Origin: Verrucomicrobiota bacterium
GTDB lineage: Bacteria; Verrucomicrobiota; Verrucomicrobiia; Verrucomicrobiales; V1-33
DNA: 64,000 nt
NCBI GenBank assembly: GCA_040386695.1
Contig: JAZKFB010000053.1
Location: forward strand, 4,859-68,858
Direction: 5' to 3'
Made by a program: the position numbers and the translations under genes. Below are positions 45,221 through 54,879 of this stretch, piece after piece. Numbering within the stretch: position 1 is the stretch's first letter; each line of letters opens with the position of its first letter. Under the pieces are notes generated by a model. That model was not told the DNA's origin. It saw only the letters and a program-made list of their open reading frames with translations, and did no database searches.

Positions 45221-47284
45221 CTACTGCGTCCGCACCACCCGGTAAAACCGCACCTTGGTTCCGGCGGGAATGGTGGTGTCGGTGTAAGTGCTGGTGGTGC
45301 CTGACGCGGTGATGGCGGCGGGAGACACATCCGCCCAGCTGTTTACCGCCATGGTGGCCGAGGCCTGCACCCTGTAAATTCCGCCGGCCACGGAATCCCA
45401 GGTGAGCGCCACTTCACCCGCCGCATTCCGGGTGACTCCCGTGAGTCTGAACGCCGGCAGGTCCACCGGCAGGCTCACAGCCGCAGCCTGGGCGATGAGT
45501 TCCACCTGATCAAACTGAATCCAGGCCGTGTCCGTATTCAAACCGCCGGTGCGCTTCAGGCTGATGACGTTGGAGCCCGGGAGCACGGCGGCGGGAGAAA
45601 TCATCGCGGCCACATAGGTGTCCTTCGCGATCGCGGTGCCGGTGTGGAACGGCGTGCCGTTGATGCTGAACTCCAGATCGTGGGAACTGTCCGGCCCCAG
45701 TCCGAAAAGCTTGGTGGTGAACAGATAGGCCTTGGCATTCGCCGCTTCGCTATTCTGGAAGAACAGGTCGATGACCGGCCGTCCCCAGTCCGCCTTGATC
45801 AGCGCGCGGGGAAAGCCGTCCTGAGTGCTGTTCCAGGTGGCGGAGTCAGCTCCGTCCTGCCAGATTTCCCCGCCGGGACCGTCCCAGACCTGACCCAGCC
45901 CGGCTCCGCCCTCGGTGCCGCTGTAATCACCGGGAGCGAAGTAGAACTGCGGATTGTTATAGGTGCCGGATTCCTGCTCGAACTCATTGGCGCCCGAATT
46001 GAAGTATCCTGCCGAGAAAACCGTGCGGAAAGCCTGAAGATCTGACGTGGTCGCCGGGGTTTCCGCCGTGGTCAGGGAGACGGCGTCAAACTGAATCCAC
46101 GGATTGTCGCCGGCATCCGGATCCACCGGCCCCCCGCCGGTGCGCACCAGGGAAAGCACGTTGTTCCCCGCATGGAAAGCCGGGCCAAAACCCTGGCTGG
46201 CGGCGCTCAGCCGGGGAATGAGCACGTCCACCTGCAGGTCCTGGACAATACCGGTGCCGATGGCTACCGGCGTTCCATTCAGATACGCCCGCACATCGTG
46301 GCTGCTGTTGGCGCCCTGTCCGAACAGAATGGTGTGCAGAGCCAGAAAATTTTTCTGCGCCTGGGCCGGGGTCAGTTTGAAATAAATATCAATGGCCGGA
46401 CGGCCCGGCACCACGGCCCGGGGAAAGCCATCAGGCGAACCGTTTCCGAGGTCTTCGGGATCCTTCCAGATTTCCGCATCCGGCCCCGCAAAATTGCCGC
46501 CGGGACCCGCCGCTCCCGCCAGAGCCGAATAATCACCGGCCATGGCGTAAAACTGCGGATTGTTGTAATCATCCCGCTCCTGCTCAAAGTCCGCCTGATT
46601 GCCGTCAAAAGTGCCGACCTGCCAGAGCAGTTCCGTGGGCGAGGTCACATTGGCGGTCAGCTTCAGGGCGTCAAACTGAATCCAGGGATTGTCCCCTCCG
46701 CCCGCCACCACCGGACCGCCGCCAGTCCGGCGGATAGTCAGCACATTGGGCCCCTCATGGAAAGCCATCCCCGGAATATTGGCGGGAATGTAAAGTTTGA
46801 CGGGAGTTTCGCCCCGCACCCGGAGAATCCGGGAAATGGCCACATTGTTCAGATAGAACGCGACATCGTGCGAGCTGTTGGCTCCCAGTCCGAAAAGTTT
46901 GGTCTCGAAAAGCAGGGCATTGGAGGCCGCCTCCGCCGCCGTGAGCTGGAAAAAGACATCCAGCACCGGCCGGCCCGGCACCACAGCCCGGGGAAAACCC
47001 TCGTTGCTCAGCAACCAGTCAGCCGCCGTGGCTCCGTCCTGGAGAATTTCCGCGCCCGGACCCGTGAATTCCATACCCATTCCGGAACCGCCGACAGTCG
47101 CGGAATAGTCGCCGGGCTCGGAGTAATACTGGGCGTTATTATAGGCATCCGTTTCCTGCTCGAAATCGGCATTACCGTTATCAAAGGCTCCAATTTCGAA
47201 GACCACGGAATCCGCCGAGGCGGTCGCCAGACAGAGGCCGGCGGCGGATAACAGGCGCGCGGCGGGAAGAAGGGGAAGTTTCAT
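45221..47284 (-). CDS. secreted protein with three tandem ~205-aa repeats of an unrecognised module plus a C-terminal beta-sandwich module
   Basis: Signal peptide. The repeats start FEIGAFDNGNADFEQETDAYNNAQYY, WQVGTFDGNQADFEQERDDYNNPQFY and FSAGYFNSGANEFEQESGTYNNPQFY. Each contains GFPRA, FGLG(A/P)(N/D)SSHD and NPWIQFDA-type motifs. The tail is VALTWDSVAGGIYRVQAS...RFYRVVRTQ. Confidence 0.8.
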   Translation of the reverse strand: MKLPLLPAARLLSAAGLCLATASADSVVFEIGAFDNGNADFEQETDAYNNAQYYSEPGDYSATVGGSGMGMEFTGPGAEILQDGATAADWLLSNEGFPRAVVPGRPVLDVFFQLTAAEAASNALLFETKLFGLGANSSHDVAFYLNNVAISRILRVRGETPVKLYIPANIPGMAFHEGPNVLTIRRTGGGPVVAGGGDNPWIQFDALKLTANVTSPTELLWQVGTFDGNQADFEQERDDYNNPQFYAMAGDYSALAGAAGPGGNFAGPDAEIWKDPEDLGNGSPDGFPRAVVPGRPAIDIYFKLTPAQAQKNFLALHTILFGQGANSSHDVRAYLNGTPVAIGTGIVQDLQVDVLIPRLSAASQGFGPAFHAGNNVLSLVRTGGGPVDPDAGDNPWIQFDAVSLTTAETPATTSDLQAFRTVFSAGYFNSGANEFEQESGTYNNPQFYFAPGDYSGTEGGAGLGQVWDGPGGEIWQDGADSATWNSTQDGFPRALIKADWGRPVIDLFFQNSEAANAKAYLFTTKLFGLGPDSSHDLEFSINGTPFHTGTAIAKDTYVAAMISPAAVLPGSNVISLKRTGGLNTDTAWIQFDQVELIAQAAAVSLPVDLPAFRLTGVTRNAAGEVALTWDSVAGGIYRVQASATMAVNSWADVSPAAITASGTTSTYTDTTIPAGTKVRFYRVVRTQ

Positions 47285-47460
47285 AGGAAAATCACCGCGT
47301 CAGGACTGCAGAGCCCGGCGGTTGACTGGCAGGATAAACCTTAAAACTTCATTTCAGGTCAAGATTAATAATTTCAATCAAGCATTGAATGATGTTAAAA
47401 ACAGCTTTCAAATTTATGCCTTGTTTCCTGGCGGGGGAACCCGCAGTGTTTATAACACCA

Positions 47461-48861
47461 TCAGGCCAGGATTTCCCGGACCACCCGGCCGCTGACATCC
47501 GTCAGGCGGAAATCACGTCCCGCGTGGCGGAAGGTAAGCGCCTCGTGGTCAAGCCCCATCAGATGTAAAATCGTGGCGTGAAGGTCGTGAATGTGGACTT
47601 TCTCGTCCTCCAGGTAGAAGCCGAAATCATCGGTTATTCCATAGCTGAAACCCGGCTTCACGCCGCCGCCAGCCAGCCACATGGTGAAGGCGTGGGGATG
47701 ATGATCACGCCCGTCATTGCCCTGCACGGTGGGCGTGCGGCCGAATTCGCCGCCCCACCAGACCAGCGTGTCCTCCAGCAGGCCGCGCGCCTTCAAATCC
47801 GTCAGCAGCCCTGCGATGGGGCCGTCCACCTCGTGCGCCAGGCGGCCATGGTCCTGCTCCAGTTTTTCGTGCTGATCCCAGTAACCGTGCCGGACCTGAA
47901 CATAACGCACACCGCGCTCGCTCATCCGCCGGGCCAGCAGCAGCTGACGGCCGAACTCCTCCGTCTTCGGATCATCCAGACCGTAAAGTTTGCGCGTGGC
48001 TTCTGTTTCGCCGCTGAGATCCAGAACCTCCGGGGCCTCCGTCTGCATGCGGAACGCCAGCTCGAAGGACTGGATGCGCGCCTCCAGCTCGTCATCCACC
48101 CCGCACTCCCCGGGATTTTCGCGGTTCATCGCGCTCAGCAGATCCAGCTGCGCGCGCTGGCGGCCGGCGGCGGCGGGGTTTCCCAGCCAGGCGATTCCCT
48201 CCTTTCCCTTGCCGCCGCCGAGCGGGGTGCCCTGATGCGTGGCCGGCAGAAAAGCGCTGGACCAGTTGCCCACGCCGCCGTGGCCGAAAGTGGGATTGAT
48301 GGTGAGGAAGGACGGTAGATTGCTGTTCTCCGTCCCGAGGCCATAACTGATCCACGACCCCATGCTGGGCCTGACAAACGTGTCCGAACCCGTATGGATT
48401 TTCAGCAGCGCGCCGCCGTGGGCCTCGTTGGTGCCGTGGACGGATTTGATGAGACAGAGATCATCCGCCATGGCTCCCACTTTGGGGAAAAGATCGCTGA
48501 TCATGGCCCCGCACCGGCCGCGCGGTTTGAATTCCCAGGGCGATTTCCGCAAATTGCCGGTCTGGGAGAACTGCACCCGCGGCTTGGCGAACGGCAGGGG
48601 TTTGCCCGACTCGCGGATGAGCGCCGGTTTGTAATCAAACGTGTCCACATGCGACGGCCCGCCGTGCATGAACAGAAAAATGATCCGTTTCGCCCGCGCC
48701 GGCAGCATGGGGCGTCTGCCGGTCAACGGCCCTGGGCCGGAAAAGGCGGCCGCGGCGCCGGCCTGCGCGGTCATGGAGGCGAAAGCCAGCGAGCCGAAAC
48801 CCACGGCACACTGCCGCAGCGCCTGGCGGCGGCTGAGAGGACGGGGCAGATCGTGCGGCAT
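47461..48861 (-). CDS. DUF1501 (sulfatase/phosphatase-fold) protein with Tat-type signal
   Basis: LSRRQALRQCAVGFGSLAF, IIFLFMHGGPSHVDTFDYKP, GGEFGRTP, GRDHHP, HDLHATILHLMGLDHEALTFRHAGRDFRLTDV. Confidence 0.9.
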   Translation of the reverse strand: MPHDLPRPLSRRQALRQCAVGFGSLAFASMTAQAGAAAAFSGPGPLTGRRPMLPARAKRIIFLFMHGGPSHVDTFDYKPALIRESGKPLPFAKPRVQFSQTGNLRKSPWEFKPRGRCGAMISDLFPKVGAMADDLCLIKSVHGTNEAHGGALLKIHTGSDTFVRPSMGSWISYGLGTENSNLPSFLTINPTFGHGGVGNWSSAFLPATHQGTPLGGGKGKEGIAWLGNPAAAGRQRAQLDLLSAMNRENPGECGVDDELEARIQSFELAFRMQTEAPEVLDLSGETEATRKLYGLDDPKTEEFGRQLLLARRMSERGVRYVQVRHGYWDQHEKLEQDHGRLAHEVDGPIAGLLTDLKARGLLEDTLVWWGGEFGRTPTVQGNDGRDHHPHAFTMWLAGGGVKPGFSYGITDDFGFYLEDEKVHIHDLHATILHLMGLDHEALTFRHAGRDFRLTDVSGRVVREILA

Positions 48862-48920
48862 GGTCTTGGGGGCTGGGAAATTCAGAATGAACCCGGAAAT
48901 GACCGGTCATTTCAGGTCCC

Positions 48921-48982
48921 GGATCTCAAATTTGGATTTCAAATTTCAGATTCGGATCTCAAAGGACAGGTTCAGGGTTCAG
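48921..48982. repeat. short-period repeats in the DUF1553/DUF1501 spacer (GATCTCAAA/GATTTCAAATTTCAGATT block followed by GGTTCAGGGTTCAG)
   Basis: GGATCTCAAATTTGGATTTCAAATTTCAGATTCGGATCTCAAAGG followed by ACAGGTTCAGGGTTCAG. The last heptamers overlap the stop codon of the upstream gene (48979-48981). Confidence 0.5.
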
Positions 48983-51573
48983 TTGCTGTAAATAAATTCG
49001 TTCGTGGCCAGCAGCGTCTGGCAGAGCGCCGCCAGCGCGGACACGCCGGGACCGGGAATGGCGGCGTCCGGCGGCACCGTTTCCAGAAATTGCCGGGCCC
49101 GGGACCCTTCATTTTCCTGCGGCGGACGGCTCAGAATCCGGCGGTAAGCCATGGCGATGGCCTCCTCCCGCGGTTTGGATGAAAGCTCTTTGGCCAGCGC
49201 CTGGGAGGCCTCCAGCACCTGCGGACTGTTGAGAAAGAAAAGCGCCTGGTGCGAAACCACGGTGGGCGTGCGCCGCGCGGTGCTGACGCCGGGATTGGCG
49301 AAATCGAAAACCGTCAGGAATTCATTCACGCGGTCCCGCACCACCGGCAGGTACAGACTGCGCCGGAGGGAGGCCGCGGACACGGTGTCGGCGGGCGTGT
49401 ATTCCGCATTTTTCCAGTCAATCAGCGTGCCGCCCACCGTGCGGTCCAAGGTGCCGGAGACCGCCAGCAGGGAATCCCGGACCATTTCCGCCTCCAGCCG
49501 CTGACGGGGGAATCCGGCGAGGAATTTCGCGCCGGGATCCGCTGCCGGAACCGCCGCCTGACGGTAGGCGGCGCTGAGAACGATCCGCCGGTGCAGGGCT
49601 TTTACATTCCAGCCGGAGCGGACAAATTCATGCGCCAGCCAGTCCAGAAGCTCCGGATGCGTCGGCAGATCGCCGCGCAGCCCGAAGTTGTCCGCGCTGG
49701 CCACGATGCCGGTGCCGAAATGCTGCTGCCACAAGCGGTTCACGATCACGCGGGCCGTCAGCGGATGCTCCGGCGAGGTCAGCCAGCGCGCCAGTTCCAG
49801 CCGTCCGCTGTGGCCGGCCTCGATGCCGGACGAAGTTTCGCCGGGGCGCATGGCCACCTGGATAAAACCGCGCGGCACGGCTTCGGGGCCGGGATTGAGA
49901 TGGCTGCCCCGGATCATCACCGGCAAATCCACCGGCGTGGCCTCCGTGACCGCCAAAGCCTGGGCGACGGGCGGAGGCGCGGCGGCCGCGAGGGCGTCGC
50001 GTTCTTTTTCCAAAACCGCCAGCGCGTCCCGGGTTTCCGCCGGATAAGCCGGACGCGGGTCCGCCGGCAGCGCCAGCACCCCGTCCTTCCCGTAAAGCGC
50101 CTCCTTCAAATCCGGCTGATCGGGAAGCGCCGCCGCCTGATCCGGAGCCCTGGCTGCCGCTGCCAATTTCGGCTGAAGCGGATGGCCGGGAGCCAGCAGC
50201 GGCTTCAGGCGCGCCAGCACGCCCGCGTCCAGCTCCTCCGCCGGACCGCTTCCGGCCGCAGCCGGCAGGTAGCGCGGAAAATCCTTTTTCCAGGCGGCCA
50301 GCAGAGCCTCATTGGCCTGCGCGGCGGCGGCGTCCAGGCGTTTTTTCACGTCCGCCGTCCTCTCCGCATGATCCTTCACCGCCGCCAGACGTTCCGGCGG
50401 CTCCAGCGGCCGCTCGTTGAATTTCGACACAAACGCCAGGTCCTCCATGACCCTGGTGCTTTTGAAAATTCCGGCCAGGGCGTAATAATCGCGGGCCGTG
50501 ACCGGGTCGAATTTGTGGTCGTGACAGCGCGCGCAGCCCAGCGTGAGCCCCATGAACGCGCGGCCCACGGTATCCACCTGCTCGTCCACGATATCCATGA
50601 CCAGCTTCTCCTTGTCCTGCTCCGCCAGCATTTTCGGCCCCAGCACGAGGAAGCCCGTGGCCGCCAGACGGGCGGCCTTCCCGGGCTGATCCTCCGTTTC
50701 CGGCAGAAGATCGCCCGCCAGCTGGTCGGTGATGAATTCGTCGAATGGCAGGTTGCCGTTGAAGGCCTCCACCACCCAGTCGCGGTAACGCCAGGCATTG
50801 GCCATGACCTTGTTTTCATCCTGCCCGTTCGTGTCCGCATAACGCGCCGCGTCCAGCCACCAGCGCGCCTGGCGCTCGCCGTAAGCGGGGGAAGCCAGCA
50901 GGGAATCCACCAGTTTTTCCAGAGCGTCCGGCGACCCGTCCGCCACAAAAGCATCCGCCTGTTCCGGCGAGGGCGGCAGGCCGGTGAGATCGAAAAACAG
51001 GCGGCGCGCCAGCGTGCGGCGCGGGGCTTCCGGCTTTGGCTCCAGATGATTTTCCCGCAGTTTCGCGAGGATAAACCGGTCAATCTCCCCGCGCGGCCAG
51101 GACTCGTTTTCCAGCTTCGGCGGCTCCGGGTTTTTCACCGGCTGGAAAGCCCAGAATTTCCGCGCCTCCACCGGATCAAAACGGTCCGCCAGCTTCACCG
51201 CCCCCTCCCGCGGATCCGGAGCGCCCCGCCGCACCCATTCCTCAAGCGTGGCGATTTCGGCATCGCCCAGCTTTTGTTTGGGCGGCATTTGCAGATCCTG
51301 GTCCCGATACCGCACCGCCGCGATCAGCCGGCTGCGCTCCCCATCGCCGGGAATCAGCGCCGCGCCGTTTTCCCCGCCCGCCTGCCACGCCGCCCGCGAA
51401 TCCAGACGCAGTCCGCCCTTTTGTTTTTCCGCCCCGTGGCAGTCCAGACAGTGGGTCACCAGCAGCGGCCGCACTTTGGATTCAAAAAAAGTGATATCGT
51501 CCTCCGCCTGGACGGACGGCACGCCTCCCGACAGCATCAGGCAAAGCAATGTCAGCAGGCGGAGCGGTGGCAT
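48979..51573 (-). CDS. PSCyt1 + DUF1549 + DUF1553 (PSD1) protein with CxxCH motifs
   Basis: Signal peptide. CLDCH (51436-51450) in LVTHCLDCHGAEKQKGGLRLDS. DUF1549-like RRLFFDLTGLPPSPEQ. GCARCHDHKFDP. DUF1553-like body. Confidence 0.9.
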   Translation of the reverse strand: MPPLRLLTLLCLMLSGGVPSVQAEDDITFFESKVRPLLVTHCLDCHGAEKQKGGLRLDSRAAWQAGGENGAALIPGDGERSRLIAAVRYRDQDLQMPPKQKLGDAEIATLEEWVRRGAPDPREGAVKLADRFDPVEARKFWAFQPVKNPEPPKLENESWPRGEIDRFILAKLRENHLEPKPEAPRRTLARRLFFDLTGLPPSPEQADAFVADGSPDALEKLVDSLLASPAYGERQARWWLDAARYADTNGQDENKVMANAWRYRDWVVEAFNGNLPFDEFITDQLAGDLLPETEDQPGKAARLAATGFLVLGPKMLAEQDKEKLVMDIVDEQVDTVGRAFMGLTLGCARCHDHKFDPVTARDYYALAGIFKSTRVMEDLAFVSKFNERPLEPPERLAAVKDHAERTADVKKRLDAAAAQANEALLAAWKKDFPRYLPAAAGSGPAEELDAGVLARLKPLLAPGHPLQPKLAAAARAPDQAAALPDQPDLKEALYGKDGVLALPADPRPAYPAETRDALAVLEKERDALAAAAPPPVAQALAVTEATPVDLPVMIRGSHLNPGPEAVPRGFIQVAMRPGETSSGIEAGHSGRLELARWLTSPEHPLTARVIVNRLWQQHFGTGIVASADNFGLRGDLPTHPELLDWLAHEFVRSGWNVKALHRRIVLSAAYRQAAVPAADPGAKFLAGFPRQRLEAEMVRDSLLAVSGTLDRTVGGTLIDWKNAEYTPADTVSAASLRRSLYLPVVRDRVNEFLTVFDFANPGVSTARRTPTVVSHQALFFLNSPQVLEASQALAKELSSKPREEAIAMAYRRILSRPPQENEGSRARQFLETVPPDAAIPGPGVSALAALCQTLLATNEFIYSN

Positions 51574-51757
51574 AAACGGGATCCGTGGCGGCCAGACCGG
51601 AAATTCCCGGCGCTGCCCGCAACCCCATCATTCAACGTGCTTGGGATCAGCAGCTTTCGTGCTGAATCCATTTCCCGGACCGGACCGGCGGCCATGGCGG
51701 CGGAAGAATCCCGCGATTTTCCTTTTCCGCCCGGGCTCAAAGCGGTTATTGGGAAAC

Positions 51758-52627
51758 ATGGAGCCTTATTCCATCATTCCCCGCCCGGTTTCCCAAAGTC
51801 CGCTCAGTTTCCGGCCTTCCGTCCAGGGAAACCGCAAACCTTCCCCGGTCTCCTCCCCGCCCGCGAAACCCGCCTGGAACTCCGATGCCCTGCTGGCGGG
51901 CGCGGGCCTGGTCCTGCTGCTGGCCGGATTCGCCCTCAAAAACGCCGATCCCTGGATGCTGTGGCTGGGCATCCCCACCGCCGCCGGGCTGGTGCTTTAT
52001 CTCTGCATCCCGGCGCTCAAAAACCACCGGCAGGGCGGAGGATGGCGCGCTCAGCGCGAAGCCCTGATGGAGCAGTGGGCGGAGGTCACCGACCAGCTCA
52101 CCCCGCAGGCCGATCAGCGTTACACCGCCCTCCAGCAGCGGGTTTCCCGGCTGGGCGACCTTTTCCCCGGTCAGGAACAGGGCAGCCTGCTGCGTCCGGG
52201 CGAATACATGCTCTGGCTGTATCTGAAACTTCTTCTGGCCCGCGATCATCTGGAGGAAAGCGTGCGCTCCAGCACGGAAGAGGAGGTCATCGCCCACCGG
52301 AAACAGCTTCTCGATGAACTTGATTCCGACCATCTGACGCCCTCCGCCCGCCAGTCCACCCACGAGACCGTGCTCATTCTCGATCAGCGGGTCCTCACCC
52401 TCCGGAGCCGCGCCGGACGCATCCGGGAAATCGAAAGCGATCTCACCCGTGTGGAGCAGTGGGTCGCCCTCATGCACGATCAGGCCGCCCAGCACAACAC
52501 CATGGGCGACGCCGGCCGCCGCCTCCGTTTTGGGCCGGAATCCCTGACCCTGCCCTCCCTCGGCTCCCTGCCCGGCTCCAATCTCCAGCAGCTCGACGCC
52601 CTGGTGAATTCCCAGGCCTGCTCCTGA
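51758..52627 (+). CDS. hypothetical membrane protein (two TM helices + helical C-terminal domain)
   Basis: Start at Met 51758. The upstream part of track ORF 51248..52627 is antisense to the DUF1553 gene. TM helices LLAGAGLVLLLAGFAL and WLGIPTAAGLVLYLCIPAL, then a charged helical region. The mirror ORF 51746..52495(-) is Gly-rich and motif-free. Confidence 0.55.
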   Translation: MEPYSIIPRPVSQSPLSFRPSVQGNRKPSPVSSPPAKPAWNSDALLAGAGLVLLLAGFALKNADPWMLWLGIPTAAGLVLYLCIPALKNHRQGGGWRAQREALMEQWAEVTDQLTPQADQRYTALQQRVSRLGDLFPGQEQGSLLRPGEYMLWLYLKLLLARDHLEESVRSSTEEEVIAHRKQLLDELDSDHLTPSARQSTHETVLILDQRVLTLRSRAGRIREIESDLTRVEQWVALMHDQAAQHNTMGDAGRRLRFGPESLTLPSLGSLPGSNLQQLDALVNSQACS

Positions 52628-52775
52628 AACCAGGCTTCGGTTTCATTCCATTCCATCTTCGCTTACCCTCCGGACAGGAGCCGGTAACAGAAAGAGCCGC
52701 AGGTTTTCACCTGCGGCTCTTCTGTTGCGGGGGGGGGCTTTTGGGGGGAGGGGTTTCAAACCAAACGGATCGCCG

Positions 52776-53630
52776 TTACCGCCGGCGGCGGCGGGCCAGC
52801 AGGCCAAGGCTGAGCATTCCCAGCAGGGTCGCGCCCGGCTCCGGCACGGCACTGTTGGCCAGACCGGAAACGCCGGAGAAGCCAAAATCCATGGTGTTCA
52901 GATCCGCGGGCGTGGTGGTTCCGTCCGCGATATTGATCGTGAACAGCCGGTCATCCAGCGCCGCGTAGAGACTCCCGGCGGCGGCTCCCGCTGTGAGACC
53001 GGAAAACGCGCTGCCGCCCGCGAAGGAGTAGCTTCCGAAGTTCAGCGCGGACACCAGCGTCAGCTCGGCCGTGGCCGGGTTGATCGTGTACAGGCTGGGG
53101 GCCGCATCCATGCTGAGGCCGTAGAGAGTGCCTCCCGTGAAGGCCAGACCGTCGATGGCGAGCCCGTTGCCCGCCAGCGTCGTCGTGCCCACCCGGGAGG
53201 AGGTGCCTGTCAGGATATTGAAGGCGTAAAGTCCGTTATCGAGCGAGAAATCGGACCCGTTCAGAGCGGAAGCGATAAATCCCGTTCCCGCAGAGCCAAA
53301 AGCGATGTCGCCCTCGCCGATGCGGTCACCGATCCCGATGGAGATGTCGCGGACGATGGCTCCCGTGAACGGGTTGATCTCCTGCACCACATCCTTGTTG
53401 GCGTTGAAGGTGAAAAGCGAGTTGCCCACCGCCGACAGGCCGTAAGCGCCCACATTCTCGGGGAAGGTGGTCACCACGGTGCCCGCGCCGGTGGCGGGAT
53501 CCACGGTAAAAAGCTCGTTATTGAAAAACGACACCCCATAGAGAGCCGCCTGGGAGGTGGCCGTCAGCAGAGCAAGAGCCGCGATGGCCAGGCACGATTG
53601 TCCCGTGCCGGAAATAAGATTCCGTTTCAT
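52776..53630 (-). CDS. PEP-CTERM sorting-domain secreted protein with repeated LY..(N/D)P.TG beta-propeller-like motifs
   Basis: Signal peptide. Repeats LFTVDPATGAGT, VQEINPFTGAIV, LYAFNILTGTSS, LYTINPATAELT and LFTINIADGTTT. C-terminus VPEPGATLLGMLSLGLLARRRRR. Confidence 0.8.
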   Translation of the reverse strand: MKRNLISGTGQSCLAIAALALLTATSQAALYGVSFFNNELFTVDPATGAGTVVTTFPENVGAYGLSAVGNSLFTFNANKDVVQEINPFTGAIVRDISIGIGDRIGEGDIAFGSAGTGFIASALNGSDFSLDNGLYAFNILTGTSSRVGTTTLAGNGLAIDGLAFTGGTLYGLSMDAAPSLYTINPATAELTLVSALNFGSYSFAGGSAFSGLTAGAAAGSLYAALDDRLFTINIADGTTTPADLNTMDFGFSGVSGLANSAVPEPGATLLGMLSLGLLARRRRR

Positions 53631-53658
53631 AAGTTAAAAGATAGGATTGTTTGATGAC

Positions 53659-54594
53659 TTAACGGATGGAGCCGTTGAGTCCGGCCGGGAAGAACAGGCC
53701 GCTGTTCTTCGTGCCGGTGGCGTCCGCGTACACAATATTGAGCACCTGCCGGGTGCTGCGGCTGAAGGCCAGACCGTTGGCGTCGAGCGGCACCAGATTG
53801 GCCGCGCCGGCCTCCGTTCCGTCCGAGGTCAGGGGCTGGTCCAGATCGCTGGAGCCGTCCAGGGCATCCCGCAGATTGGAGACTTTGAGAGCGATGTCCC
53901 GGGTGGCCGGCCCGCCCTGGAACAGCAGAGTGCGCACAATCCCGGCGTGATAGGCTTCCGCCGCGAGGATGCCCGCGGCGGCCTCGATGTAGGTTTTGTT
54001 GGTCAGAAGCGGAGCGCCGCCTTTGTAGGCCGTCACGCCCACGTCCTCAAAAATAAAGGCTCCGGCGAGGAAGGTTGTGTCATTCAGAAAAGGGTCAAAA
54101 GTATCGCTGGCACCAATGATTCCCGCCGCGCGGGCCGCTGTGGTGAAGCTGCCCTGAAGGTCCAGCGCGGGCCGGGCCACGGGCTGCACTCCGGCCTGCG
54201 CCAGCGCCAGCCTGAGAAAATTGACATGAGCCAGCTCGTCCGCCGCGATCTCCTCCGCATACTGCCGCACGGCATCACTGGTCCACGGAACTTTGGGATT
54301 CGCCTTGATGATCACACCCCCCGCCACTCCGGCTCCGGTGACCCCGGCGCCCTTGGCGGTGATGCTGGCTCCCGTGGTGGCGTAGATGTAATACTCCGCC
54401 TCCAGATACTCCAGATTGAGCGCGAAATTGAGCACGGCGGCGTCCAGTACCGGACCGGCGCCGGCGGCTTCCGCCGATGGGGTGACCGCTCCCGCGGCGC
54501 CGAATCCGGCGGCCGCGCCCAACAGTTTTTTCATGGCGTCGCGGCGGGAACGGCGGTTCACCGTCAGCATTTCCATCACTTCGTTTTTGTTCAT
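53659..54594 (-). CDS. ferritin-like (Ferritin_2 / desiccation-associated type) protein with Tat-type signal
   Basis: [80 protein letters not shown]. Confidence 0.8.
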   Translation of the reverse strand: MNKNEVMEMLTVNRRSRRDAMKKLLGAAAGFGAAGAVTPSAEAAGAGPVLDAAVLNFALNLEYLEAEYYIYATTGASITAKGAGVTGAGVAGGVIIKANPKVPWTSDAVRQYAEEIAADELAHVNFLRLALAQAGVQPVARPALDLQGSFTTAARAAGIIGASDTFDPFLNDTTFLAGAFIFEDVGVTAYKGGAPLLTNKTYIEAAAGILAAEAYHAGIVRTLLFQGGPATRDIALKVSNLRDALDGSSDLDQPLTSDGTEAGAANLVPLDANGLAFSRSTRQVLNIVYADATGTKNSGLFFPAGLNGSIR

Positions 54595-54850
54595 GGGATC
54601 AATTTCTATTGGGGTTTTTATTTGGACCGCATACGCAGTTGCGGTGGAGAACGCGCATTGGTGTATTGATCACAATCCGCGTGCTCCCCCTCCAACTGTT
54701 GAGCCCCGGCCATGGATGCACAGGCGGTGAAGATTTTTATAAAAATAGAATTGCCGCATTTTGCGGCTAGAGATTTTTCCGGTTCCGCCCACCTCACGCC
54801 CGCCGGAGCCGCCAGACTCCGGGCGGCCCGCAGACCTGCTCAGCATCATT

Positions 54851-54879
54851 TTGACGGAAATTCAAAAATCATTTGCAAT
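54851..54879 (+). promoter_or_regulatory. candidate sigma70-type promoter upstream of the 1231-aa lectin/LamG gene
   Basis: TTGACG (54851-54856), a 17-nt spacer, then TGCAAT (54874-54879), in the AT-richer part of a 688-nt non-coding gap. Pattern match only. Confidence 0.2.

Noticed and set aside
48921-48965. Repeat block considered as a possible miniature CRISPR array
   Set aside because: The period is ~10-14 nt with no unique spacers of 25-40 nt, only 2-3 units are present, and there are no cas genes in the window. It is a simple short-period repeat.
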